NCBI GenBank assembly: GCA_003427395.1
Contig: BFEA01000045.1
Span: 4,097,421 to 4,149,831, forward strand
Direction of reading: 5' to 3'
DNA from: Chara braunii
Lineage: Eukaryota; Plantae; Charophyceae
DNA: 52,411 bases
In this document: positions 12,540 through 25,290 of the stretch, one piece after another
Layout of the letters: every line of letters starts with the position of its first letter
Position numbering within the stretch: position 1 is the first letter of the stretch
The notes under the pieces: generated by a model
The model's input: the letters and a program-made list of their open reading frames with translations, nothing else
What the model was told of the DNA's origin: nothing
Database searches by the model: none
Made by a program: the position numbers and the translations under genes

Positions 12540-14190
12540 ACATGGAGTGGTCAAACCTAAATCCAAGGATGAAATTTTGAGACAATCCCTGTTTGAGAAC
12601 CCGTGGGTGAGAGACGAGAGCGATCGCCCATTAAGCAAAACCTCAACATGGAAGGCCGGATGTTTGGGAATCAAGGTACAAGAAATTCCCCCTTCAAGAG
12701 CCTATCACGTCTCCCATGAGCAGCAAAGTCCGAATACCGGAGCGTTTTTTTTCTCCTTCCCAATAACCGCTTTCGCGCACCGCCTGCCTTCCATTCAGAA
12801 CAAGGACGTGGAAAGTTCTGCCCTAGACCCTCTCGTCCACAGGAAGGTAAGAGTGTTGGGTTCATGGCCAAAACTATCCAGGACCTAGACTCTGACCTGG
12901 TGGAATGGGCATGGACTCCTGACAGAAACAGAAATACTCGGTAAAGCTGGGATATAAATTACTACTGAAAACAAAGGATTCAAACCCCGTAATCAAAGGC
13001 AGATGGCAAAAACTGTTAGGGAAGGAACCGAGTCAGATCATTGAAATTCTATGAAAAAAATTCAAGTCAATCCGGCCGGTCAAAATCAGAAGTCTCCAAT
13101 GGCTCATTGCGTATGTTGCCCTACCGGTCAACCAATGGTTACATATCAGAAGAAGAAGGAACGATCCCAATAGTTCAGACTTATGCGCGGTATGCTCCGA
13201 AGAAAAAACAGAAGACATGCTCCGATGTTTAATACACTACAAAGAGGCGACAAAATATTGGGTTAGGGCCTCAAACTTATAGGGTTCCCTCTTTTCGACT
13301 CCCCTCCCTCAACACCTCATCCAGCTACTCCTTTGGACTAACATCCCAGCCCACTTTCGGAAGAAGAAAAAGATCTGGTTTGGCATGATCAGAAAAGTAA
13401 CGTTGTGGTCCATCTTGAAGGAAAGGTGTTGCAGAACGACTGAAGGTCTCGCATGTCCAAGGGAGAGAGTTTGGGCGGAAACAAGGAGCTTGATTCAAGC
13501 AGAGATTCTCTGTAAATGGTATAAAATGAGACAAGTCATGCAAGACGACGAAGAACAGCAGAGGAGAATTAGAGGGAAATTTACCATGAAGTGGCTGGCA
13601 GGGGCCAAGGTGGCTGTGTTGAACGACTCTCGTTTACGTTGGAAAGACTGACACAATTCTGAAACAGGAAGGAGGAGGCAGAACCTCCATGCAGCAAATC
13701 ATCAAGACCCACTGCAGACTACTTGAGATGACAGGCCAAGACCGTCCGGAGCTTTTCTTACAATTCTGTAGACGAGGGCTTAGGGTTTAGGGTTTGGATA
13801 GTGTTTATCTGAACAGAGATAAGGGAGGACAAAGTGGTCACGAAACATATGGACAGGGTTTTAAGGAATGGTAGAAAGATCCGCTTCAGTAGATTCCGAA
13901 TTCTTTCTTGCTTTATACGTAATATCTGACAGGTTTCTTAGCAAACTTGAGAGGAAAAGGGGAACCAGGGCAAGCTGACAGTCAATCCTCCACCACGCTG
14001 GAGTAATCAATGTGATCAGGGTTCTTTCGGCCAGACAGAAGGAAGCGTGTGTATTTCTGTGCTGCAATGTTTTATTTTGACTTGCCGGTGGAATAGGAAC
14101 CGGACTGGTGCTCCCCATAATGGATAAGGAGTTAGGACCATAAGGTCTTGTTTATGTCAAAAGAAAGAAAGAAAAAAAAGAAAAAAAAAG
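12540..14190 (+). mobile_element. 5'-truncated, frameshifted L1/Tx1-type LINE (ORF2 C-terminus with zf-RVT, 3' UTR, A-rich tail)
   Basis: Across frames it reads EILRQSLFENPW, YSVKLGY (FSVKSAY-like), WLIAYVALPVNQWL...CAVCSEEKTEDMLRCLIHY (decayed CCHC) and LWSILKERC, with a stop at 13651 and an A-rich tail at ~14158-14189. Confidence 0.75.
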
Positions 14191-14548
14191 ATTACGTGCA
14201 GTGGCCCTAAGGGTCTCTACTCACCATATGCACAAAAGACAAAATATATGGCAGTCTATGGTTCCATGTTCTAGCAAAAGACTCATTTTAATTTTGCACA
14301 TGTGGTGAGTAGTGCAGCCAAGCCATGAGAATCACATGCAGCGACCAACAAGACCTAGGTAAGTGAGCGACACATAACTGCTGAAACACAGACCTGAATT
14401 CAAATCTAAACTATAGATTCGATCAGCGTCTGCTCCATTGCATATTCAACGCTTGCCTAGGCTTGGCGGAGGGTTTCATGCTAATTTGTTGTGAGGACCC
14501 CTCAGATTACCTGCAGGGGTCCTCCGATATGTGTGAAAGGGGCACTTT

Positions 14549-14602
<54 letters not shown>

Positions 14603-15247
14603 NNNNNNNNNNNNNNNNNNNNNNNNNNNNNNNNNNNNNNNNNNNNNNNNNNNNNNNNNNNNNNNNNNNNNNNNNNNNNNNNNNNNNNNNNNNNNNNNNN
14701 NNNNNNNNNNNNNNNNNNNNNNNNNNNNNNNNNNNNNNNNNNNNNNNNNNNNNNNNNNNNNNNNNNNNNNNNNNNNNNNNNNNNNNNNNNNNNNNNNNNN
14801 NNNNNNNNNNNNNNNNNNNNNNNNNNNNNNNNNNNNNNNNNNNNNNNNNNNNNNNNNNNNNNNNNNNNNNNNNNNNNNNNNNNNNNNNNNNNNNNNNNNN
14901 NNNNNNNNNNNNNNNNNNNNNNNNNNNNNNNNNNNNNNNNNNNNNNNNNNNNNNNNNNNNNNNNNNNNNNNNNNNNNNNNNNNNNNNNNNNNNNNNNNNN
15001 NNNNNNNNNNNNNNNNNNNNNNNNNNNNNNNNNNNNNNNNNNNNNNNNNNNNNNNNNNNNNNNNNNNNNNNNNNNNNNNNNNNNNNNNNNNNNNNNNNNN
15101 NNNNNNNNNNNNNNNNNNNNNNNNNNNNNNNNNNNNNNNNNNNNNNNNNNNNNNNNNNNNNNNNNNNNNNNNNNNNNNNNNNNNNNNNNNNNNNNNNNNN
15201 NNNNNNNNNNNNNNNNNNNNNNNNNNNNNNNNNNNNNNNNNNNNNNN
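14603..15247. other. Assembly gap (645 N)
   Basis: N run following a CT microsatellite. Confidence 1.
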
Positions 15248-15379
15248 TGAGCAACAATACCACACGAAGAGAGACCTGAAGGATGTAAAAACTCAAAAAT
15301 GCAATTGCTGCCCTGCGATGCAATGCATCCAACATATCAATCGCGATCCGTAAAAAAAAAAAAAAACTCATGTTGCACC

Positions 15380-15900
15380 ACCATATCAAACCAACATGGC
15401 AAGCTGCCAAGATCACTGATCGCATGACCAGAACTCCAAAATACTTGGTCAGTACCATAGACATGCGGCCAAGGAGAATTGTATTATTGTGCAGATTGAT
15501 ATAAAACATAGCGCCAGACTCGTCTGCCTGGAAGGAGCTTAGCTGCTAGGGGATAGATCAAACACACTCTAGGTCGCACTCACGTCTAGCTTTGTGCTTG
15601 CAGGTCCACAAGCTTGTTGGGACTGCACGGGCGTCAATTGGCATCCCTAGGCATAACAGGTAGATGCGGGGCTCTGCCACCAGACGAGAACACGGTGTTC
15701 CCACACGGATTATCCTACCCCACAATCTGCAACCCCCCTCCTCGGAGTTTGACAAACACACGAAAAATTTCAAACAGATCTTGAAACTGTTAGATTCACC
15801 TTCTGCGACAAAAAAATGTCGAAAGTCATGGGATCAACTTCTGCTAGGCAAACAGTCAGAGGTGAATAACAGCAGGATGAGAAGGGGGTTCGCCACCACT
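15380..15900 (+). mobile_element. Decayed RTE-like LINE C-terminal remnant
   Basis: Translation SRLALCLQVHKLVGTARASIGIPRHNR plus CGALPPDE in an adjacent frame resembles the RTE/RTE-X C-terminal pattern R.GSH.L.IE.GRW..IPRE.R.C..C...EDE.H. Stops and frameshifts are present. Confidence 0.4.
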
Positions 15901-17109
15901 GAACACCACACTTCACTTTCAGTCTACCACCCAGTTAGTAGCGCAATACAGAATCCGCCTCTCTGAGGCGGCGAGGCCAGCGCCAACCACTAAGATGAAG
16001 AACAAGACTAGCGGTGGAGTCCTCAGTGCCGCTGAAAAATCTCTAACAAAGAAGGCTACACCTATGGCTACAGCGCCATTGTCTCTTTTACGCAGGTATC
16101 TCTGACAAAGTAGCAGCAGTAGTGGTCCACCCACAAACAACTATGTAAAGCCTCCTGATAGCCGAGACAATCGCTGACACTCTCAGGGGTGAGTGCTCAG
16201 AGGACGCCCCAACTATGGCGAGCTCTGGAAGTCTGGCTATGACCGTCGTTCACAACGAGGGACTCAGGATGCCGCATGCAGTCAATCGTCAACTACGCTA
16301 AGTTTGGTGTTTGTTGGGGTTGTGAAGATGACTGTTTTGGTCTATTTTTTGTCTGTTCAAGTAGTGTCATTTTGAACTTTTCCCAGAGTCCGAACAGAAT
16401 TGTGTGTGTTCGGACCTGAGGACCACAGTAGTGTTTTTGGTCAAGGTCTGCCTATGCCAAGTTTGGTGTTTGTTGGGGTCTTGGAGATGACTGTTTTGAC
16501 CAACCCTGAAAATCTTGAAAAATCTTGAAAACTAAAAAGGGCGAATTTTGCATGAAAATACACTTTTGCCTTCGGGTTTAGGGCCCCTTTGATTTTTTTT
16601 ATTTTTTTTTGTGGTTTACTTGGTGTCCACTCTATGAACTGATGACAACTCTGGCTTAAACGGTGTAAGGCGTTTGTTATAATGACCCTGAAAAAAACTT
16701 GAGAAATTAGGGGTCGGTTAACTGCTTCTCCCAGATCCGTGTTCGTCCGTAGTGGAGCAGTTCCTGCTGCATTAGCAGGATTACCTGGACGTTTGGTAGG
16801 GACTCGGACAGGACGTTTTGAGGCCAAGCCAATGGTCTGGGACTTGGGCCTTCGAGCAGGGTTGTCGATCAGATACTAGATCCGACAGTCCTGATCAAAG
16901 GCCGAGTGTTGCGCAACCAGGCCCAGCGGTATACAGCTGGGCCAGCCCTCTGGACCAGGGTACTTAGTAATTGTCAATTTGTGGGCGTTACACTGTTGGA
17001 GCAGTGTCAGGACCTTGAGCGTTGTAGTAGAGTAGAGGTAGACACTGGGAGTGAGAGCGGAGGGGAGTGGGGAGCGGCGACCATAGCCGCGAGGTTCGAC
17101 GAACTTACC

Positions 17110-17142
17110 TGGGCGCCATAGCTGGTTCACCCTCCAACGACC
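17110..17142 (-). other. Candidate 33-bp exon of an unidentified minus-strand transcript
   Basis: The minus strand reads tctctgtgctgcag|GTCGTTGGAGGGTGAACCAGCTATGGCGCCCAG|gtaagt, with a strong acceptor and donor and a length divisible by 3. Confidence 0.3.
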
Positions 17143-17286
17143 TGCAGCACAGAGACCACACGCCAGCTAGTTAGTCGTGGCATCAACATTCGTGCAGGTG
17201 AGACAGAGGAGGGATTGTTGTTTCTTCTTCTTCCTGTCTCCACCCTCCATATCCACCACTCTTCTTCTCCTTATTCCACTTCCGCA

Positions 17287-17317
<31 letters not shown>

Positions 17318-17476
17318 AAAAAAAAAAAGAGAGAGGGGCTATGTGGGGCACTGCCCCCGGGACATGACTCGACGCTTTGGAGAAAGACATTGGTCGGACT
17401 ATTGGCAGGGGGACTACTTTTGGACGACATGACTTATTCTCCTCTTCCTACTCCTCCATCCACGCCATCATCCATT

Positions 17477-17479
<3 letters not shown>

Positions 17480-17563
<84 letters not shown>
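17480..17563. repeat. (GA)n microsatellite
   Basis: Directly visible. Confidence 0.95.
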
Positions 17564-17567
<4 letters not shown>

Positions 17568-18372
17568 TTACACTTTCTCAATGAGTCAGCACTGGGAACT
17601 CTTGGCTGCTATTGCTTTTGTTTCTCACAATTTGTTATTCACTCAGTCCTTGCCAGTCTGTTGTGTATTTCTTTCTTTCATAGACAAGGGTCACATGATT
17701 CATATTTTATGCCCAACACACCCTTCAAGTCTATTGTTTCAGATAAACTTTTTGTAATCATTGATTACTTCGTTTTGCTATTTATCTTGTTTTGATGTCT
17801 GACTATTCATTTTTCCTCATCTCTTTACTTCTCATGGGCAGATTTTGTTTCACAGAAAGTCATTGTTCCAAGTTGTTGTTTCGACATTTTTCCAGATGGT
17901 AAGATTTACCCTTTTCAATTTTCATTTCCCCGTATGGTGTGCAAAAAAATTGTTAATCATACAACTCAAACTGGTGATTCTTTTGTTTTAAACCATTTGT
18001 ACACCAAAGGCTCAATGCACGAGGCTAAATTTGAATTTGACCGAGCCTAAAAAACAAAGCATATATTTTCCGTTTTCTTTCTCGTTGATTTTTTTTTGGG
18101 GTGGGAGGGAAGGGGAAGTGCGTTGGAATCACACCCAACGTTCAGAATGGGCAACTTTAGCAGTTCTCGAAATGGAGCAAAACAATTTACCCTTAATCTG
18201 CCAAGGTCCACTACGGGTAATGACTGGGGCAGTTTTAAACCCTCGCTAAACTTTCACATTTCATTGCTTATTTCAAACTAAAAGTGTACCACAGCTGCAA
18301 TTTTTTTTTTTTTTTTTTCTACTCGTTTTTTTCGTCGTGTCTGCGTGACAGGGTGTTCTATCTCCCCATGTG

Positions 18373-18521
18373 GAAGGGAGATGCACAGGCAGGGAGCCCA
18401 GAAGGCAGATGCACGGGCAGAGAGTCGAGAAGGCAGATGCAAGGGCAGAGAGTCAAGAAGGCAGATGCACAAGTAGAGCGCCCATAAGGCAGATGCACGA
18501 ACAGAGAGCCCAGAAGGCAGC
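18373..18521. repeat. 28-bp minisatellite, about 5 copies
   Basis: GAAGGCAGATGCACGGGCAGAGAGYCVA units. Confidence 0.9.
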
Positions 18522-18899
18522 AAGTAGACATACACGCCTACAGTTATGGGAAAACGGGAGTGGTGACATAGGATAACGTCACATAATGTTGCAATGAAAA
18601 ACCCAAAATTTGAAGTGAAAGAGGAGTTGTGTACAAGGGAAGAGAACTGTGTGTTTGTCACTTTTGTTTTTCATATTTTTTGCCAACTAATATGCATTTC
18701 TTGTTTTTGCTTGCTTTTGTTCTCTGTATGTTTGACAGGTTTAACTGATTCGCTGTTAATAGAGAATTCGTGAGAATTTCTGGGCTCATGGACGATTTGC
18801 AGTGCACGACCGTTGTTGACTACCTGAGATGTAATACTACGACTTCTATGGGGGAATTTTTTGTCATAGAACTTACACAGGAAATCAAGTACAGTCTCA

Positions 18900-18911
18900 A
18901 GGGAGAGAGAG

Positions 18912-18964
<53 letters not shown>

Positions 18965-19230
18965 GTTGTTCGTAAATTCATAGTCACTAAGTTCAAGTGT
19001 AATATAGGTGCTTACATGATCACAGAACAATGACATTTTTGTCGTACATATATAGAGATAGAAGGCGAAAGAGAAAGAGAGAGAGAGACAGACACACAGA
19101 GAAAGAGAAAGAGAGAGACGGACATACACAGAGAGAGAGACGAGGTTGTTCGTAACTTCATAGTCACTAAGTACAATTGTAGTAGAGGTGGTCACATGAT
19201 CGCAAAACTATTATATTTTTGTTGTATTCA
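18900..19230. repeat. ~180-bp tandem duplication (GA tract plus GTTGTTCGTAA.TTCATAGTCACTAAGT block)
   Basis: The block starts at ~18965 and ~19145. Confidence 0.8.
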
Positions 19231-19365
19231 TGAAGCCCGGTTAGAAGTCATCATTTCTATATGAAGAATTTTTTTTCCGAATTTTAACTCCTTTACTGTG
19301 TATTTTGTTTTGTAATTCCACTTTTAACGTTGCTCAAGGATGCTTTGTCTCTTGCTTCTGCAATT

Positions 19366-19428
<63 letters not shown>

Positions 19429-20073
19429 NNNNNNNNNNNNNNNNNNNNNNNNNNNNNNNNNNNNNNNNNNNNNNNNNNNNNNNNNNNNNNNNNNNNNNNN
19501 NNNNNNNNNNNNNNNNNNNNNNNNNNNNNNNNNNNNNNNNNNNNNNNNNNNNNNNNNNNNNNNNNNNNNNNNNNNNNNNNNNNNNNNNNNNNNNNNNNNN
19601 NNNNNNNNNNNNNNNNNNNNNNNNNNNNNNNNNNNNNNNNNNNNNNNNNNNNNNNNNNNNNNNNNNNNNNNNNNNNNNNNNNNNNNNNNNNNNNNNNNNN
19701 NNNNNNNNNNNNNNNNNNNNNNNNNNNNNNNNNNNNNNNNNNNNNNNNNNNNNNNNNNNNNNNNNNNNNNNNNNNNNNNNNNNNNNNNNNNNNNNNNNNN
19801 NNNNNNNNNNNNNNNNNNNNNNNNNNNNNNNNNNNNNNNNNNNNNNNNNNNNNNNNNNNNNNNNNNNNNNNNNNNNNNNNNNNNNNNNNNNNNNNNNNNN
19901 NNNNNNNNNNNNNNNNNNNNNNNNNNNNNNNNNNNNNNNNNNNNNNNNNNNNNNNNNNNNNNNNNNNNNNNNNNNNNNNNNNNNNNNNNNNNNNNNNNNN
20001 NNNNNNNNNNNNNNNNNNNNNNNNNNNNNNNNNNNNNNNNNNNNNNNNNNNNNNNNNNNNNNNNNNNNNNNNN
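19429..20073. other. Assembly gap (645 N)
   Basis: N run following a CT microsatellite. Confidence 1.
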
Positions 20074-20970
20074 CCCCCGGCCCACCCTATTAGCCTATGG
20101 GCCAAGACTAGGCACCAAACTGGTCCGGTACGACCACGTACACGGGCCCCAAAATCGGATACGAGAAAACACGTACACGTCACGTACGCTCGCTCGTACA
20201 TACGCGCATGCACCTTCGCGGAGCCCGTGTACGTATACGTCGTACAAAATATATATATATCGGAACGGGCCGAACGCCCGAACGTAGAGGACCCCTTGGG
20301 ATCCGTTCGGGTCGAACGCGGACCAAAACAAAACAACAACCTGCAAAAAAATTATGTTATGAAGAAAAATAAAATAAACACCATTTGTTTGAGCATTACA
20401 TCCAAATTCTTTGCCAGATTGGAAATAAAAATAAAAAACGGAAATACGAATAAAAATAAGAAAAAATAAAAAGAGAATTAAAATTATTAAGTGCGCGAGT
20501 ATGTTTTCAACACCGCCATCTTTGGCGATTTTTTATTTTTCTGGGGCATAGAAAAATGCTCTGAAAATTTGCATATGTGTAATTCACATAATACAAAACG
20601 TATGAAAAAAATTAAAAAAAATAGTACAAGGTTTTAGGCGGCGAAATAAAGTGAAAACAGAAAGTAAAAAGGAAAACAATCAGTGGGCGAGCACGTTTTG
20701 ACAATGCCGCCTTTATAAATTTTTCATTTTTTTTTTTGCTTAGCAAAATAACTCTAAAATTTGTAGGCATGTACCTCACATTATAGACAACTTACAAAAA
20801 AAAACTCTGAAAAAATATATATATATCCTTAGGCATCGAAATCATTTTTGGCGGGGGCCGAACCCCTCCAGGTTCGAGCCCCGAAAGGGACCCCGAACGC
20901 CCGTAAGTACGGAGGTTGCACCGGGGGCCTCCGTACGTACGGGCTGGTGACCCTGTATATATATCGACAA
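20074..20970. mobile_element. Probable DNA-transposon subterminal region (CGTAC/CCGAAC-rich, ~195-bp internal duplication)
   Basis: 20490-20620 resembles 20683-20810. Short repeated motifs are dense and lead straight into the palindromic satellite. Confidence 0.4.
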
Positions 20971-20971
20971 A

Positions 20972-23032
20972 GTTGAACACCGAATTCTCGAAGTGCGTTT
21001 TCGGTACACCGAAACCACTTCGGGATATAATGTAGTTGATAAAGAAAATCGACTAAGTTAAACACCGAAATCCCGAAGTGCGTTTTCGGTACCGAAACGC
21101 CAAAAGCACTACGGGATATGATGTATTAAACACTGAAATCCCGAAGTGCATTTTCGGTACAGAAACACCGAAAGCACTTCGAGACATGATGTAGTAGATA
21201 ATAGAAAATCGACTAAGTTAAACACTAAAATCCCGAAGTGCGTTTTCAGTACCGAAACACCGAAAGCACTTCGGGATATAGTGTAGTTGATAAAGAAAAT
21301 CGACTAAGTTAAACACCGAAATCCCAAAGTGCGTTTTCGGTACCGAAACACCGAAAGCACTACGGGATATGATGTATTAAAAACCGAAATCCCGAAGTGC
21401 ATTTTCGGTACCGAAACACCGAAAGCACTTCGTGACATGATATAGTACATAATAGAAAATAGACTAAGTTAAACACCGAAATCCCGATGTGCGTTTTCGG
21501 TACCGAAACACTGAAAGCACTTCGGGATATGATGCAGTTGATAAAGAAAATCGACTAAGTTAAACACCGAAACCCGAAGTGCGTTTTCGGTACCGAAACA
21601 CCGAAAGCACTACGAGATATGATGTATTAATCACCGAAACCCCGAAGTGCGTTTTCGGTATCGATACACCGAAACTCCGAAGTGCGTTTTCCATATCGAT
21701 ACACCGAAACCACTTCAGGATATGATGTAGTTGATAAAGAAAATCGACTAGGTTAAACATCGAAATCCCGAAGTGCGGTACCGAAACACCGAAAGCACTA
21801 CGTGATATGCTTTATTAAACTCCGAAATCCCGAAGTGCGTTTTCGGTACTGAAACACCAAAAGCACTTTACGACATGAAGTAGTGGATAATATGAAATCG
21901 ACTAAGTTAAACACCAAAATCCCGAAGTGCGTTTTCGGTACCGAAACACCGAAAGCACTTCGGGATATGATGTAGTTGATAAAGAAAATCGACTAAGTTA
22001 AACACCGAAACCCCGAAGTGCGTTTTCAGTACCGAAACACCAAAACAATTTTGTGATATGATGTAGTTGATAAAAAAAATCGACTAAGTTAAACACTGAA
22101 GTCCCGAAGTGCGTTTCGGTACTGAAATACCGAAAGCACTACGGGATATGATGTATTAAACACGGAAATTTTGAAGTGCATTTTCAGTACCGAAACACCG
22201 AAAGCACTTCGGGACATGATGTCGTAGATAATAGAAAATCGACCAAATTAAACACCGAAATCCCAAAGTGCATTTTCGGTACCGAAACACCGAAAGCACT
22301 TCGGGATATAATGTAGTTGATAAAGAAAATCGACTAAGTTAGACACCGAAATCCCGAAGTGCGTTTTCGGTACCGAAACACCGAAAACACTACGGGATAT
22401 GATGTATTAAACACCAAAATCCCGAAGTGCATTTTCGGTACCGAAACACCAAAAACACTTCGGGACATGAGGTAGTAGATAATAGAAAATCGACTAAGTT
22501 AAACACCGAAATCCCGAAATACGTTTTCGGTACCGAAGCATCGAAAACACTACGGGATATGATGTATTAAACATCAAAATCTCGAAGTGCGTTTTCGGTA
22601 CCGAAACGTCGAAAGCACTTCGGGACATGATATAGTAGATAATAGAAAATCGACGAAGTTAAACATCAAAATCCCGAAGTGTGTTTTCGGTACCGAAACA
22701 CAGAAACCACTTCGGGATATGATGTAGTTGATAAAGAAAATCGACTAAGTTAAACACCGAAGTTCCGAAGTGCATTTTCGGTACCGAAACACCGAAAGCA
22801 CTACAGGATATGATGTATTAAACACCGAAATTTCGAAGTGATAAAGAAAATCGACTAAGTTAAACACCGAAATCCCGAAGTGCGTTTTTTGTATTGAAAC
22901 ACCAAAAACACTACAGGATATGATGTATTAAAGACCGAAATCCCAAAGTGCGTTTTCAGTACCGGAACAGTGAAAGCACTTCGGGATATGATGTACTACA
23001 TGATCGAAAATTGACTAAGTTAAACACCGAAG
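20972..23032. repeat. Palindromic satellite of ~25 monomers (68/91/92 bp) with a ~251-bp trimeric higher-order repeat
   Basis: Common core AACACCGAAATCCCGAAGTGCGTTTTCGGTACCGAAACACCGAAAGCACT with three tail types that cycle. For example, monomers start at 21061, 21129, 21221 and 21312. Confidence 0.95.
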
Positions 23033-23689
23033 AGTATTTTGATGAAATTTGTGAGTTTGCGTTCGGTATACAATTTATAAAACTCATTTCGATATAGATT
23101 CGGTGAAATATATAGCCTCCATTAACCATCTTTCCCCGTAGACCCATCGCTTTAACAATCCGTACCTAAACCAACTGGGCTAGCTCCTTCCCTGCTCAGA
23201 AGGAGAAGATCAGGCATATGTAGGTGTTTAGGCTCAACTAATTAGTATGTCGATCCCAAGGCTCGTTTTGAAGGTCAAATTAAGCCAACTTCGACCGCCA
23301 TAGCCTTCTATGAAAGGAACCATGTCCTTTTTGGTTGCCCTGGCCGCACGACCGGTCCTATAATAGTCTCTAACCCTCTTCACGGATCTATCGACGGTTC
23401 CAATATCCGTAGATCCTATCTACTTAACCTATTATACAGTATGGTATAATGCCGCGACGTCGGGCGCCCTTTTACCTATTGATCATCCTTCCGACCTTTG
23501 CAGTTGGAGGTTTCTAACCCTTAATATTTATTTGACTTTGTGTGCACCACAATGGTACGCGCGACGTAGAGCTTGAAGTGTTCTTACTTATTACTGAAAT
23601 TTTTTTCCTTCGTGATAGTCGATGTCGGTGTTCTGTTAAATAAAAAAAATATGGCTAAACGCCTTTGTAAGGGTATTTGGTCTGATAAC

Positions 23690-24082
23690 GAGTTTGTTGA
23701 ATCTACGAGTGTTTCACTGGAGTTTCACGGGAGAGCAATGTTTAGTGATGTGGCAGTGAGAGTCGTCGCTGAAAGCACATGTTTTGCATCAGTGGTCATA
23801 TCTTTTGTTGTGAACACATGCATGAACGACAGTGTGGGGGCCCACAAGTGCGAATTTGTACAATGGTGCAAAGAGGTCAACAACAAAAGGCAACACATAA
23901 TAGGTTGCAAGAAATTGAAAAGGGAGAAATTGAATGAACATCAACACAGTAGCGTCATCTCGATTGACACTACAGTAGACCAAGTCCATATTGTTCCAGT
24001 TTTCTCTAAACCAAAATGGGGATCAAAGCAGCATGAAAAACAACGTGATGACTGTTTTTATTTGAACAAGTATATATCGTAG
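23690..24082 (+). pseudogene. C-terminal fragment of a Plavaka-type (CACTA-related) transposase
   Basis: FHGRAMFSDVAV...FASVVISF...CEFVQW...GCKKLK...SVISIDTTVDQVHIVPVF...FYLNKYI* follows the C-terminal pattern of Plavaka transposases (F.G..R.D.V.V; A.V.WF; VI.LD.I.R.VHL.P.F; FY.NKY). Recognised from motifs only; no upstream catalytic domain is seen. Confidence 0.6.
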
Positions 24083-24379
24083 AAAAAACAAATTAAAAAT
24101 GATTAACTTTGCTATTAGAGAAATACACATTCTGAGAAACTCATGTTGTTTCGTTATTGACTTGAGAGATAAAAAGAGAGAGAGGTTGGTTATTGCGTAC
24201 ATATCAAAGATTTGATGTCCCCGTTTACCATATAATTGTCACACAGTAGTGAACTTTTGGGTGATCTTTAGTTTGACATGCGGTTTTCTCCACTTTGTAA
24301 GGTTGGTTGTGTTTGAGATGATTTTTCACGGATACATGACAGATCGTGAAACAAATGTTATTTTTTGTTCCTCTATACT

Positions 24380-24399
24380 TCTTTCTCTCTTTCTCTCTC

Positions 24400-24477
<78 letters not shown>

Positions 24478-24495
24478 ACACACACACACACACAT
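24380..24495. repeat. (CT)n(CA)n microsatellite
   Basis: Directly visible. Confidence 0.95.
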
Positions 24496-25071
24496 TCTCT
24501 CAAGTATTTTATACAAATTATCTCTCCCTCTCAAATATTTTATAAAAACTCTTTCATGTAGCCAATAACATTACAATTCATGTGTATCATGGACAAGAAG
24601 ACAAACTTACGACCTTGAATACCGTTTGGCAAAGAACGACACCAAACATAAGTGACAGTGTCACCCGACAGGACACCATCCCTTCAAACATAACAACAAC
24701 ATCGTGAAGAGGAAGACGGTGTAGGTAACAAAAGCTAAGTGAACATAACAGAGTCACGGAAAAGCAACACAGGCGGTAGTGAGAAATACTCGTATATGGG
24801 TACAGAAATGACAATCACTTTCACAACAACAAATAAGGATGAAGACTTATGTAGAGAGGTCGCATGTGAACCGTTGTCTTCATTGACTAGCGAGAGGTCA
24901 ATGAAGAGGTGGAAGAATCTGTTGAAGGACCCTTAGTACGCTGACATGTATGAAATAATGTCATCAAGTGAAGTAAAGTCTCCCCAACCGATGGCCGAAG
25001 AGTCCTCCAGCATTTATGGAAACGTGAAAGTGGGGGACATGGCCAGAACGTGAGAAAACAAGACAGACATA

Positions 25072-25290
25072 TGTGATGAGGAGCAATTGTTCCCCTTCAC
25101 GTAGAAATCAAGGAGACACGTCATTCCCGTAATGAAGTCTGACATTGCACGATTGGGCGGGAACGGATGGTTGAACGTCAACATTATCGATATTTATTTA
25201 CAGTCTGTGTATGAAAAACATTCGTCGACAAGGGACAATGCAACAGTTTATGTCTGTACAATTTTCTGGCACCCCCAAGTTGTTGGTGCA
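25072..25290 (+). pseudogene. Ulp1/SENP (peptidase C48) N-terminal catalytic-domain fragment
   Basis: CDEEQLFPFT*KSRRHVIPVMKSDIARLGGNGWLNVNIIDIYLQ...VYVCTIFW matches the SENP pattern D..RL....WLND.II.FYL...v.if.tfF. It has an in-frame stop and no catalytic His/Cys was found. Confidence 0.65.

Noticed and set aside
15985-16040. Hammerhead ribozyme or Penelope-like motif
   Set aside because: A stem followed by GAAA is present, but there is no correctly placed CUGANGA core.
14603-20073. Two gaps of identical length (645 N)
   Set aside because: Most simply a scaffolding placeholder where contigs break at CT tracts, not biology.
14463-20469. Long ORFs of 250-380 aa in the ORF track
   Set aside because: They run through N gaps and CT/GA microsatellites and are artefacts.
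20972-23032. CRISPR array
   Set aside because: The sequence between the palindromes is itself repeated (three recurring tails, no unique spacers), there are no cas genes, and the context is eukaryotic.
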